A stretch of DNA of 64,000 nucleotides from Vermamoeba vermiformis (Eukaryota). Positions 52,449 to 64,000 of the stretch are shown one piece after another (position 1 is the first letter of the stretch; every line of letters begins with the position of its first letter). The notes below the pieces were generated by a model that searched no databases, was not told where the DNA came from, and worked only from the letters and a program-made list of their open reading frames with translations. The stretch is taken from assembly GCA_045837725.1 (NCBI GenBank), contig JBEWZL010000013.1, positions 558,001-622,000 of the forward strand, read 5' to 3'. A program made the translations under genes and the position numbers.

Positions 52449-55393
52449 TTACTGTTTTACAATTTTGATCAGAATATTTCGAACGATAGGATCTTCGTCT
52501 AGAGCCCTTTTCGCGTCTTGAACTGTAGCAAACTGCTTCGAGGCTAACAAAATTGCGAGTGGTACGACTTTCTTCTTTTGGAAGGCGATCTCGTATTGTT
52601 TTGAAACAGGCAATTGTCGAATTTCATCGGTAACATCGTCTAATCCATGTATAGACTTAAGTAAGCACGTTGTAGCGAATTCAAGATCGACTCCGGCCAC
52701 ATCCGCAACAATTTGAGCAGATCTATAGTACAACTTGTTGTTGCTGATAGTCAGATCGATCATTCGATTATGCCACACTTTGCCTTTCAGCACGTGGGCA
52801 CCGGTGGATATAGCATTTAACGCCCACTTGACCGAACTTTCGAGCAATCCTGGCAGCTGCAGCGCGAGGTCAAATGAGGGTAGTTGAAAATCTACAACGA
52901 CTTTAGCGTGCGTGCGGAGATTAGCGAGTGCTGAACTGAAGTGCGTGGATTTGGTTTGATGGCGCCAACACAGCAGCACGACGTTGACTTGTGTTTGACT
53001 GACTGTTTTTTCGATGATGTTGTGAAGATTTTCCGCTGATTGACCCTGAGCGTATAATACGACGAGGAGGTCGTTGGAAGTCAGTTGGGGTGCGTGGTAA
53101 TTGAGAAAATCTCGGTCGGAGATCTTGTAACAACTATCCACGTGACTCATGTTGCCAGCTCGATTTCCAAAAATGGACCATCCTCCACTAACAAAGCCTC
53201 TAATATCATCAAAATGAGCGCCATATGTCGGAGGACACTCCGATGCGTCGGTCAATCCAAGAATAGAAATCGATTCTTCGCCCAAATAAAACACGTGACC
53301 GTTGTTTTTCAACGCATCACCGGCCAACTGCAAATATAAAAATTAATTAATACCGTCGTGATGCATATTTGCAGATGCGTCGTTTTATACCTGTACAACT
53401 TTGGACAAATCTTCTTCGGCCAAATAAGTCGCGCGACACGTCCTTTCGAACGACTGCAGTAAATGTGGTATATTTCGACGGCCATTGGGAAGCTAAATGA
53501 ATTAATTAGCTCGGCGGGCACTACCAATATTTCCTTATTTGGCAAAATTACCTCGTCTGGTAATAGCGGAATATTATTGGATAACTGCATTGAGTACGCG
53601 AATATAATTTCAATTAACATTTTTGTTGCCGTTCCACCTGCACAAATAAGCTTATTAATATCATATACTATATCACTATTATCATATCCTCATAATGAAT
53701 TAGTATTAGGGTGTCGAAATGTAGCGGATCAGATCCCGTACCTTTCATTCTAGAAGATCCAGTGACAGCTTCAGGGCCTAGAACAGGTGTCACCAAAAAG
53801 TGACGCCCGCTTCCAACGCGATTAGCGAGCTCTGTAACTATAGTTTTCATTGTAGGTATTTGTTCGTTTTCGGATGCAGGTCCAAGTGGCGTTGTGCCGT
53901 TGCGGATCCAGCCTTCTAACGGAATATTTCTTGCCGCCTTCGGGTCATTAAATCCCATAAGAATAGTAGTGCATTGAGAATCGACCTAAAAAGCATTGTT
54001 AATAACCAGATCCAGCTCCATAAAAATGACAAAATTATAGGTATGATCGAGATGTTCTTATCATATTTGAAGTATGTTATTCAATCGTTGATGACTTTAA
54101 TATAAAATACACTAATACTAGGAAATTTCAGTCAGATTGAAAAATTTCTGTTTTTAATCTTGGAGATAATTCAAAAGATTTGGTCTACTAATATAGTAAT
54201 ATCCAGCAATGATATAAATCATTCAACTATACGACACGATCTCGATCGTACGGACTCAGCGTCAAAATCATTTCGTAAATTGACCTGATCCGACAGAAAA
54301 ATCGAGTGTTGGCAAAAAATCAAATAAAATTCAGCTAAATATAGATTAACGAATTATTATTCGGCTAAATTCAATGAGCGAAAGATTGCCCCTAATTTTC
54401 AGTATATAAATCGGTATAGCAAAAGATTACCTCTGGCGTATTCAAGATCCAATTGATTTGTGATCCGACGTAAGGCGCAGATAATCCACAAGTGATGCCG
54501 ATGAATATAATATGAGCATAGGACTTGCTGTTGATTAAGTTGCGCAGATCCGCTACTGCTTGAAAAGTGTCGTCTTCGGCGGCTTCTTGACTCTTAATTA
54601 AAGCTAGATCATTGCCAGCCATCAAATATCGGAACTCTATGTTCATATTATATCGTTCTGATAGCTGTATAACAAGTTAATACCTATTTATATCCGATTC
54701 ACAAGAAAAACCCACATCCGAAATTTTCTACAGTAAATACTGGGGTCTGGGCTTATAATGATTGTAAAATTCCGCAATAATTTCGCATTTGTAACAGAGG
54801 AATATTTTGATAGGGTGTTAATATGCAGTATGAAATTGTATTGAATAAAAAACGGTTTTGGATCGTAACAAAAAAAAATTTGCAACAAGATCTGCGGTTT
54901 ATAAAATAATAATACGATAATTACCTTATTTAGACTACGGGCACAAAAGAATGCTAGACGCCCGCTGGTTCCCGCGCCAGTCATGACCGCCAATACTGGT
55001 TTATTGGCTAATCCGATTTTTTTAAATTAGTTACAGTAAATTATTTTGTATAATATTAGAATAATATGTATTGTATTAAATACGTAGGAATCGAAGTAAT
55101 ATTCTTATTATTGACACTTATTGTTGACACTTTTAATAATTTCAGGTCAAAAAATGTAAAATTATTATATTCTTACCTTTATGCTTAATATGTGTATATA
55201 TTGACTGACATAATGCTTCTAAATTATCTAGGAACGGTTTATCATTAACTGAATCAAAAGTCTTCCATCCACTGAAGATTTGAGCATCAGTTTGCCTGAG
55301 CAATCTTACAATGCCTCGAGCACCTGCAATATCCAAATCCTGCGTGAGAGGATTGGATTGCTCGGTGACTACAGGTATTGCAGCTGTTGTCAT
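52449..55393 (-). CDS. GCKR: Glucokinase regulatory protein-like (tandem SIS domains, MurQ/GCKR family)
   Basis: VTEQSNPLTQDLD...IVRLLRQTDAQIF, GAGTSGRLAF, GITCGLSAPYV, GFND, GPEAVTGSSRMKGGTATK, FDDIRGF, KWALNAISTGAHVLKGKVWHNRMIDL. Confidence 0.87.
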
Positions 55394-55978
55394 AATAGCT
55401 GCTTGCGGGATAAAAATATCCCAATTGAATTTCGATCTGTTTCTTTTACCCCGTGGCACTCGGACCACAACTCATATAAATCGGTCAATAGAATTTATAA
55501 TCATTGGTATGTAATGATAATTAATGATATTGGTGTTTATTTAAACAATTTAAATTGATCTTTTTTGATCGTCGTGCATCTTGCAATCCTCACCTTGCAA
55601 TAATTTGATTTCAAGCGAAAATAGGTTAATTAGAAATTAAAACGACTAACAGTATATTTTTTAGAGTAAATAGGTTTTAGTGGTAACCTTGAGTCACTGC
55701 CTAGATGCCCGCAAAGAATTCAAAGTGACCGCGCACTAATCTACACCTAATATTCGAATCTAAGTATTTGAGAAAGTCGTCGATATGGAAAGTTCCGAAC
55801 GGATTTACTGGGGACCTCAGAACAGTCTCGTGCGGCTATGCTGACAGCGGTAAAAATCACGAGTGCTTGGCCCTACAACATATTATTATTAAACCGTGGC
55901 TTTGTGGTGGTTTTGCCACGACGATTGCAATGTCATAATCGTAAGTAACAAAGTGACGTTTATTGAATAATTGGCATA

Positions 55979-57178
55979 TTAATAGCTGTGCTTACAAGGG
56001 CATCCATTCGCGTGCAAGTATTCACCAATTTCGTCGCTCATATACGCAACATCGCAGGCGAGTGCGTGCCACGGACAGCCATGTTCGTGCGCGTATTTGA
56101 TGCAGTCGAGTGAGCCATAGAACGCTGCACCTAAGATAGTCTCAGCGTCCCAGGGACACTTGTTCTCGTGCAAATACTGCAGGATTTTAATATGCCCATG
56201 TCTGGCGGCGTCTTCGCACGTTTGTTCGTTCCATTCACAGCCGATTTCGTGCAAATATTGAAGCACGTGCAAGTGACCGGATCTCGCGGCCAAGTTACAC
56301 GTTGTATAGGACGATTGGATGCCGTTATCGTAAAAATAACGCACTAGATGCAGGTGTCCTGCAGTTATTGCTGCGTCGCAGTCAGAGGAGTTGAAAGTAA
56401 TGCCGTTTTGATGAAGGCAAATGACGCTCTCCAAAGATCCGGATCTCACTGCCGCCGTGCTGATTTCCCATGAATTGGCAAGAGTTAGCGGGACGTTGTC
56501 GAGTGCAAGCTTAATACATTCGATATTGCCTGCGCTCGCCGCTTCTTTTGCCGCATCCAAAACGACTTTGTAACCGTCTTTTACGAGCTGTTTAAACACT
56601 TCAAAATGTCGGTTTCGCACTGCTGTGAATGTGATTAATTCACTGACTCTACAGCCAGCTTGTACTGCATATTTAAAGCAGTCGTAGTGTCCACCAGTGA
56701 TTGCTCCCGTTGTAGTGTCTAGATCTCGAGAGCATCCATTGTCAATTGCGTACTTTAAGCAGTCCAGATGGCCTCTAGATGCAGCCTTTTTGCATACTTT
56801 CGCATTCCACTCGCAGCCATTTTCGTGCACGTATTTCAGGCACAATAAACTGCCTCCTTGCGCGGCGTTCCAGGCGGTTTTTTTGTTCCAAGGCGATCCG
56901 TGTTCATAAGCGTATTTTAAACAATTAAAATAGCCTCTGTAAGCCAAATAAGAGCATAATAAATCCTCTGGTTGCAAATCCGGGTCTTCTCCAAACAGAT
57001 CGTCTTCTAATTTTGCGTATCTCGCCAAATAAGCTCTGCAGAGTTGGTATAAATGCTTTGACGTGCATTTAATAAATGCAAGCTCCCATCTAATGACCGA
57101 AGCAGGCGTGTAGTAGCCACATGATTCTTCGTTTAGCCAGTCAAACACTGACATCCACACATCATCCGGTAAATCCAT
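55979..57178 (-). CDS. F-box-like plus ankyrin-repeat protein (GCPW-type repeats), uninterrupted ORF
   Basis: MDLPDDVWMSVFDWL; repeats AAxxGHLxxLxYxHExGCxW. Confidence 0.88.
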   Translation of the reverse strand: MDLPDDVWMSVFDWLNEESCGYYTPASVIRWELAFIKCTSKHLYQLCRAYLARYAKLEDDLFGEDPDLQPEDLLCSYLAYRGYFNCLKYAYEHGSPWNKKTAWNAAQGGSLLCLKYVHENGCEWNAKVCKKAASRGHLDCLKYAIDNGCSRDLDTTTGAITGGHYDCFKYAVQAGCRVSELITFTAVRNRHFEVFKQLVKDGYKVVLDAAKEAASAGNIECIKLALDNVPLTLANSWEISTAAVRSGSLESVICLHQNGITFNSSDCDAAITAGHLHLVRYFYDNGIQSSYTTCNLAARSGHLHVLQYLHEIGCEWNEQTCEDAARHGHIKILQYLHENKCPWDAETILGAAFYGSLDCIKYAHEHGCPWHALACDVAYMSDEIGEYLHANGCPCKHSY

Positions 57179-57564
57179 CTCTATTCTGAATATGACCTAC
57201 AAGGCATTAATAATTAGAAATATCCAATATTATTCAATTATGTCGCATTCAAAAAATCGATTAAAAATTCGAGAATAGTATGTCACGTTGCAAACTATTA
57301 AAGTTAATCAATAGATGATTAAAATTATTAGTAATTAATAAAAAGCTACCCGTTAAGTAGCGGAAAGCGTGAAGGGAAATAAACTATTATTGGCATACCC
57401 TTCCTGGTTCCTATTAAATACAGTTAAATTATCCTTAGTTAACAAGTGTTGATACTATTATTGAGGGAAAAAAAAGTCGTTGTTGGCCCTCGTCCAAAAT
57501 AACGCGCCCTGGTTCAATGGTAATGACTTAAGTCGCCGGATTTTAGCAACTGAAGGGTTTATAA

Positions 57565-59420
57565 CTACTTATAAGATTTAAAAATATCTTGAACAACGTT
57601 ATCAAGCGGTTCCACGCCAGGGTGAGTGACGTGTGACAAGATCTTGATCCAAAGTTCGCGTGGAAGCATCGCCAGCGCTTGATGACTTCGTGCAATATTG
57701 TGGGACAGAATGACAACTTTGAATTGTGCCTCCGACTTGAGCTGTCTGTTGCGTTTCAATAACGATGGCACATTCTTCATTCCTCCTCGTACCGGATTTA
57801 TCGTTGTCAGTGCGTAATTGGTTTGCAATAGCTGAGTGATTGTGCTTTCAACCATCGGTACTTCGTCATCAAACAAACAACCGAGGCCAATGTGGGTTAC
57901 GCTGGTGTTTTTTCTGAGTCCGTCGCATAGTACGTCAAGGTTTCTTGCACTATCGAATTTGCACCCAACTGCCAAATGACGAAGGGTGGTGTTAACTTCA
58001 AGCATATTAGCAACACTCTGCAATCCTTCAAAGTCATATTGGTGTCGTCCGCAGAGAAGATTGAGTTTGCGAATAGTTTTGTTCTTCATCATAGCGTCAC
58101 TAATAATTACAAGCATTTCATCGGTAAGTCTTAGAGCTAACGATAAATTTGTCAGTGATGTGGTTGCTCTGATTAAATCTGCTATCAATTTAATGTGCTC
58201 AATATGGAATTCTAAATTCGCAAGTTCAATGCTGTCAAGCTGTTCGTTGTCTTCAGAGCGTCACATAATGCCTTTAATCCTTCAATATCTTCCTTAACAC
58301 ATATTATCCTGAGACTTTTCAAAGTAGAATTATGCTTCAATCCTTCGGCCAAAGGCGTGCAACTGAAAATTTGTGGCAAAGCCAAGTTCGTCAAGCACGT
58401 GTTTGTTTTCAACGCATTGCCCAGAATTGTAACTTCGTCTTTTTGCATTTCGCAAGAAACATCTAAGTTTGAAATTTTGATTTGATTGTGAGCCAGTGCG
58501 TTGAATAACAACTTGGGAGCTTGATCTGTTTCTAGGCTCAAATACAAACTCTTCAAAGTTGTATTGACCTTCAACCCTGATAATACGAGCTCCATATCCT
58601 CGGCAGTAGTATCGTCTTCAAGTGACAGCGATAACTTCTCGAGTATTTTGTTCTCGCTGAGAATTTTGTTGACATAATGACATTGACCGTTCGACACACA
58701 TAAGGTCAATTCTCTCATTGACGGGTGGCTTGATAAAATCGGAGTGATTAATGTCCAGTATTCTGCTGTAGCTACTTCCTTCAATGCGAAGTAACTTTTC
58801 AGCTGATTGTTCTGAAGTGCATCCGCTAACGCTTGGCATTCATCCAACGTCGCTGGCTCGAACGGAATCTTCAATTCTTCTAATGTTTGTAAATGTTGTA
58901 GTGCTTGTAGAATACTGCTGAGATTGATGTCCACGCCGGCGTCCTTCCGCAGAAAAATTTTACGGATGCGACTTGCCCGGATTGCCGTCGCCAATTTATC
59001 TAGATTTTCCTTGTCCAAATTAGTATAAAAATCGAGGCTAGCACTCGCAGGATCTTTGTGTTCTCGAATGACATTTGAAATGAAATCCACGTCTTTGTTG
59101 TTGCGGATTGACCACAGAATCGACTTTTCACGCAATAACATGTCGTGAAATAAGTGCCATTTGTCTTTCGGTATGTCTTGCAATTTTATTTTGTCATAGC
59201 ACCAGGGATAGAAGCTGAATGGACCGTTGTGGTTTAGTGCTTGCTGAACGTCGTTTATAATTGGAATGTCTGCCTTTAAAATAATTAGCAGCTTCCCTAT
59301 CGGAGTATTTTAAAATATTTTAAAATAAAACTAATTATTAGACTCAGTTATTCTCCGGTCCCATGGGAAAAGACCGAAAATTAATTTGCTTAAATGATAG
59401 CTTACCTCGTCGCTCTCCAT
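57565..59420 (-). CDS. RI-like LRR protein with C-terminal F-box-like motif, paralogue of 29705-31553 (frameshift near 58224)
   Basis: LKVNTTLKSLYL-type repeats in two ORFs that join after a one-base correction; C-terminus LAMLPRELWIKILSHVTHPG; 5' exon MESDE. Confidence 0.8.
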
Positions 59421-59566
59421 CCTCAGTTTAGTCGAGCTTTTTACTAATTTTATCTACTTGGTTTGTAGCAACCGTTGTAAGTCGTTGTGGATCCACAACG
59501 TAAATAAACAAAAATAAAAACAATTTTTTGTGGAGATCAACCACAAGCTTCAAATCTTTGTCAAAA

Positions 59567-61247
59567 ATGGAAGTAAATCCGTGAGTATCAATAATATAGA
59601 TCGTAGAGCTGAAAATAACGTCTAACGCCGCCTCTTTAATAGATCTGAAAATCAGTTTTTCAGCAATAAGGACACGTTCCTCAATATGACTATTTTTCTA
59701 TCGATGAAAGCTATATATAGAATGCGTTGCGTGTCTAGATTATTTAATTTATGGCTATCTGATCTACAAAATAATATTGCATGGAAAAAGAAAATTCAGT
59801 TAATGTTTCCTGATTCATACGAAGAGATATTACAGAATCCATTCGGAGATCAAATGCAAAGAGTATTGAAATATGATTCATTTGTAGATGAAGGACACTT
59901 TGTATCGTATTTTTCAGATCCTTTACGTTGCGAACGAAACTGCTATCAGATCGTGTATCAAATTCCTTGGCTCACTGATACATTTTTAATTGCTCTCGAA
60001 GAAGTTATTTATTTATATAACGCAGTCTCAGCCTCAATACTAGCCAATTTGAAATTGCAGTTTTCAAATTATGACGTGTTACTTAATATCAAAGGTACGA
60101 TAACAATATATATGGCTATTTTTTAACCTTTTGGAATTTATAGACCATAAAATTGGGTTCTTAGAACCAGATGATAATATCCTGATAGTGTATCGCTTAG
60201 AGAACGGATCATTCATTCATGAACGCACCGAGACATCACCTGATTTCATAAATCTTTTACGACAAATTTATGGCGACTATGTGATAGAAAGAGAAGATTT
60301 TGCAACAGAAGTGTCGTATTCATTCCGTTCAATATCAAAGAACGAACTAGCAAAGAAAATTTCATTTCCGGCCTCAGAGTGTTTTGAAGAGTTATCAGCG
60401 TTGGATCCAGTTATATACATTTGCTATCAAGACACAAATTATGCAAATTACTTCATTTGCGAGCTTAATTGCATCACTCAATGTGAACGGCAGTTGTATT
60501 CGAGCAAATTGAAAGTTTGCGTTAGTGATGGTGACCAAGGAATTCAGTCAATTAAACTGACAGAAAATGCACACGGAAAATATTTGAAGATTTATCAATG
60601 TGGATATAAAGACTATTATGTGGAAATATTCGATCTGACGCACCACAAAGTGATTTACTCCGGAAAATTTTACGACGAATTCGATCAGCAAGCGCGAGAA
60701 TTTTGGTCGAGTTTGACGTATAATCCCGGAACACCTTATTTCAGCGTTGCTGGTAAACATTTGTTCATATTTTATCTATCGGTTTAGTTCTAACGTTAAT
60801 CTTGTCTCAGATCACGTCTTAACCGTCCAAAAATTCGATCTTGCGAATACGAATGTATCCCACAAAGATGCAAAGGTCGAAATGTACTATACTTATGACC
60901 AACCACGAGATTTTTTGGGATCGCATTCAATAAGCAAGATGAGGTGGCTAAACGAGGACATTTTGACGTTCAAATATAGCAAAGATTCTTTCCGTTTAGC
61001 ATCGTTCAAAAAGCCAATGATTCGCCAAGTGTTTTTTTCGATAAAAAGATGCAACGTCATTGGCCAAATCGAAGAAGATGTGAAGGATGTTTTTGTCGAT
61101 GGAGACAACGTATTCTGCTTCGCTCGGACTGACGAGATATACCATATTCAGTTGGATATGTCATACGTGGAAGCAAAAACTAAGAAAAGGAAGCTTTTGG
61201 AGGTCGCTGACGAAGATACTCAAATCGCCAAAAAAGCGAAAAACTAA
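59567..61247 (+). CDS. Divergent F-box-like protein with beta-rich region and basic C-terminal NLS-like motif
   Basis: KDTFLNMTIFLSMKAIYRMRCVSRLFN..W resembles an F-box; three ORF segments joined by short introns; KTKKRK...KKAKN*. Confidence 0.55.
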
Positions 61248-61360
61248 TAAATATTTTCGGATGTGCTTACAAGATGCATTTGTCCAACTACACTCGCGTA
61301 CGGTCCTTAAATTTGTTGATACAAAGAGCTAATACCACAAGTACCAGTCATTGGTTACAG

Positions 61361-63078
61361 CTAAGCAGTATAATTTATTGCGCCTTTTTGATGCTGGATC
61401 AAACTGCTGTACTCATTCGCTGAGCCTAAATTATCAGTACTTCCACCAGTCGTTTGTCCCTCGTTGATCTTACGGCCATTATCTACAGTATCCTTTCGCT
61501 TACAACAAGAGCAGCACGTCTCTGCTAAGAACTCTCGCGAAGGATAAACGAACGCATCCAAAAAGCCCTTAAGTGACAATGAGTTAGCACAAACGTAATT
61601 GCATAATATAGCATTAGAAATTGAAAAATATTTACGTTATTATCATTCAATCGGTCAATTGTATTTGCAAAACGGATTCGATCCGAACATTCGATTTGCT
61701 TAACGAGACTTACTTCGAGTGGGAATATCGTAGCCTGCAATAGGAACAGTATGAAAATCGATTGCTGTGAAATAGTGTTCTGAACACGGTTCACTAAGGC
61801 TGTGTAACGGCAAATTAGTCGAAATCTTGTTTCGAAAAAGAAATACTAATTCGTACCTGGCAAGTTGGTCACTATAGAGACTAATAAGAACATTAATAAG
61901 CGCATATAAGCCTTCTTTTTCACGAATGACATGTATCTGTTGACTTGACGCATAATTTTGAAGTAGACTATTATGTTGTAAATCCAGATCACCATCAGCG
62001 GGATATAATACATTGATGCACGTAGCATCGGGTGGTCATTGTTGATCCAACACCTGTGATAATATAGCACAATCAGATTGAGAATGATCATAACGGAACT
62101 TAAGACCGATCTTCAAGAATGTCGCGAGATTGTCTTATTGAATGTAATTACCATGCAATTTTGTCTCCTGGATTTCCTTTACCAAAGCCGTGCATAAGAA
62201 ATATGGCTATAATACTAAGAAGTGGAACTCCAAAGCCGACAATAATCGATCCGATTAAAACTTTTCTTAGCTTCGTGTCTGGCCATCCTTTACTAATACC
62301 CTGTGATATTATGTTAGTATTTATAGCATACAGTAATATATTTAAGCCATTTGCGGCAAAGAGAGTCAAAGTGAATCCGATCTGTTTTTGGCTTACCAAA
62401 TGTAAATACGTTGCTATACAAGATGCCCACAAAATTGATGCGAAATCGAAATATTGCGTCGAGCTAGCCTATTATAATAGAGTTTAAGTATGATTGTCGC
62501 AAAATAACAAAAATGAGATTCTCGTTGGTAATTTCGAGCGATTGTTCCGAGTTTGATTAAGAAGTACCTGAATAAGGCATAATATGCTATCAGGTTCATT
62601 ATCCATCCTCCAATATAATACACTAATGACGCCCGTCAAGCCTTTGCCCATATTTGATACACTAAAGTAAATTTTCCGTTAGGCCCGATCCGTATTAAAA
62701 AAATTATTATTGCATAGAAGTAGGTCATATAATTATTATCTAATATTCTATTAAAGTTTGACGGTATGACTTACCATAAATAAAAAACGAGAGATCGACC
62801 ACTTTGACCCTTCTTACTGCACAAAAATAAGATGATAACTACAAATGCGCCTAATGCGCCCAAACAGCTCGAAATAACTCGGCCAAGCCTAAAATAAGCC
62901 GATCAGATCTCGCGTGTTGCAAAATAATTTTTGTTCTTCTGCACGCGTCGACAAAATAATATACATGCTTGATTTTAATAATAAATAAATAATTTGTTTG
63001 TGAAGTAGATAATTATTTGTTGCAGGACAATTTCACCTACCGAACTATTTCGATCTCGTGATCTGTCAAATCAGGCAT
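61361..63078 (-). CDS. cAMP-receptor-like (cAR/Crl, GPR157-like) 7-TM GPCR
   Basis: SSCLGALGAFVVII, QYFDFASILWASCIA, AWCWI, YYIPLMVIW, RLLMFLLV...LPALVNRVQN, PLEGFLDAFVY. Confidence 0.82.
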
Positions 63079-63220
63079 TATCGCTGTTTAACTTGATAAG
63101 GATTTTATACACACGCAGACATTATATTATATAGATACTGTTGGTTCTGATCAAAAATATTAAAATTAATGCACGTTTGTCCTCGTTACTATTTTTTGCT
63201 CCTTTCCCAAGCGAACACCA

Positions 63221-64000
63221 ATGATGAGTAATATTAAAATCTATTGTATATTGTTATCTATATTATGTATATTTTGGTAAGTATCATCTGCTTTCAGTGA
63301 TACTAGTAATTATGGCTGATCGGCATCTCTTTTAGCCTTGGCGTGCGAAGTGACGAGGATCAACAAAATTACAGCGTAAAAGGCACTATTAAATTTCATA
63401 TTCGAGGCAATGATAGCTTTCACGTCACACCTGAATTGAAGAAGAAAGCTTTAGATGATCTTCGAGTGTATTTGTCTGGCAACGGACTTCACTTCACCAC
63501 TTTGGCGAAAAAAGATGCTTCATTCTCATTGTATCCAATTATACGCTTTATAATAATTTTAAACACGACTCAAATTTTTAAAATATTTTTGCAATATTAC
63601 TTTCCGGATTCAGCCAGACAAATACTACTTTCCGTGATAATATTGTATATTTACTACACGTTATATATTTAATTGATTATTTCCTTGACTCTTTTGCAGT
63701 GACAACGTACCAAGCGGCAATTACATATTGGAAGCGGCCTCCACCATCTTTGATTACCCTCCGGTACGTTACTTAAGGATATTAAAAGCAAACAATAGTA
63801 TTTACGAGGCATTTAGCTTAAAGTCGATGTTGGCGTCAAGAACAAAGGCAAGATCCGTGCCAAAATGCTCGATGATTTGTCAGCTCCTTACCCGATCTCC
63901 ATGGAACCTGTTGGCCGATTGAACTACTTCGAGGTAAGCCTAAGCAATATGTTGTATTATTATAATGTCGTGATCTAATTGCGTTGTTTGTTGTAGGAGA
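63221..64000 (+). CDS. EMC7: ER membrane protein complex subunit 7-like (runs off window end)
   Basis: Signal peptide; KKDASFSFDNVPSGNYILE...FDYPPLKVDV...GKIRA...YPISMEPVGRLNYFE. Confidence 0.75.

Overview
Gene-dense, intron-rich eukaryotic DNA with short AT-rich GT-AG introns. The gene content (receptor tyrosine kinases, a cAMP-receptor-like GPCR, a sedolisin, virus-like ankyrin/F-box genes) suggests a free-living amoeba, probably Amoebozoa; this is an inference. I hand-spliced about 27 gene models, so boundaries are approximate. Recognisable housekeeping genes are ABCB7/ATM1, GH20 hexosaminidase, TPP1, Tctex-1, CFDP1/Swc5, glycine decarboxylase P, a GCKR homologue and EMC7. The main points of interest are: (1) a 16 kb cluster where one L-type lectin-EGF-proline stalk ectodomain is attached to tyrosine kinases (2 genes) or to kinase-less anchored proteins (2 genes plus a relic); (2) an RRM-zinc knuckle-F-box-LRR gene; (3) two divergent LRR genes sharing a near-identical C-terminal F-box-like cassette; (4) a Cdc123/R2K-type ATP-grasp gene ending in CaaX, missed by the ORF track; (5) a tRNA-Leu(CAG) nested in a glycine decarboxylase intron; (6) a tandem duplication whose junction carries pieces copied from two neighbouring genes, with loop-focused divergence of the duplicated surface protein; (7) an apparent enrichment of the palindrome GATC in introns. 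Two single-base frameshifts and one homopolymer patch suggest some assembly error.
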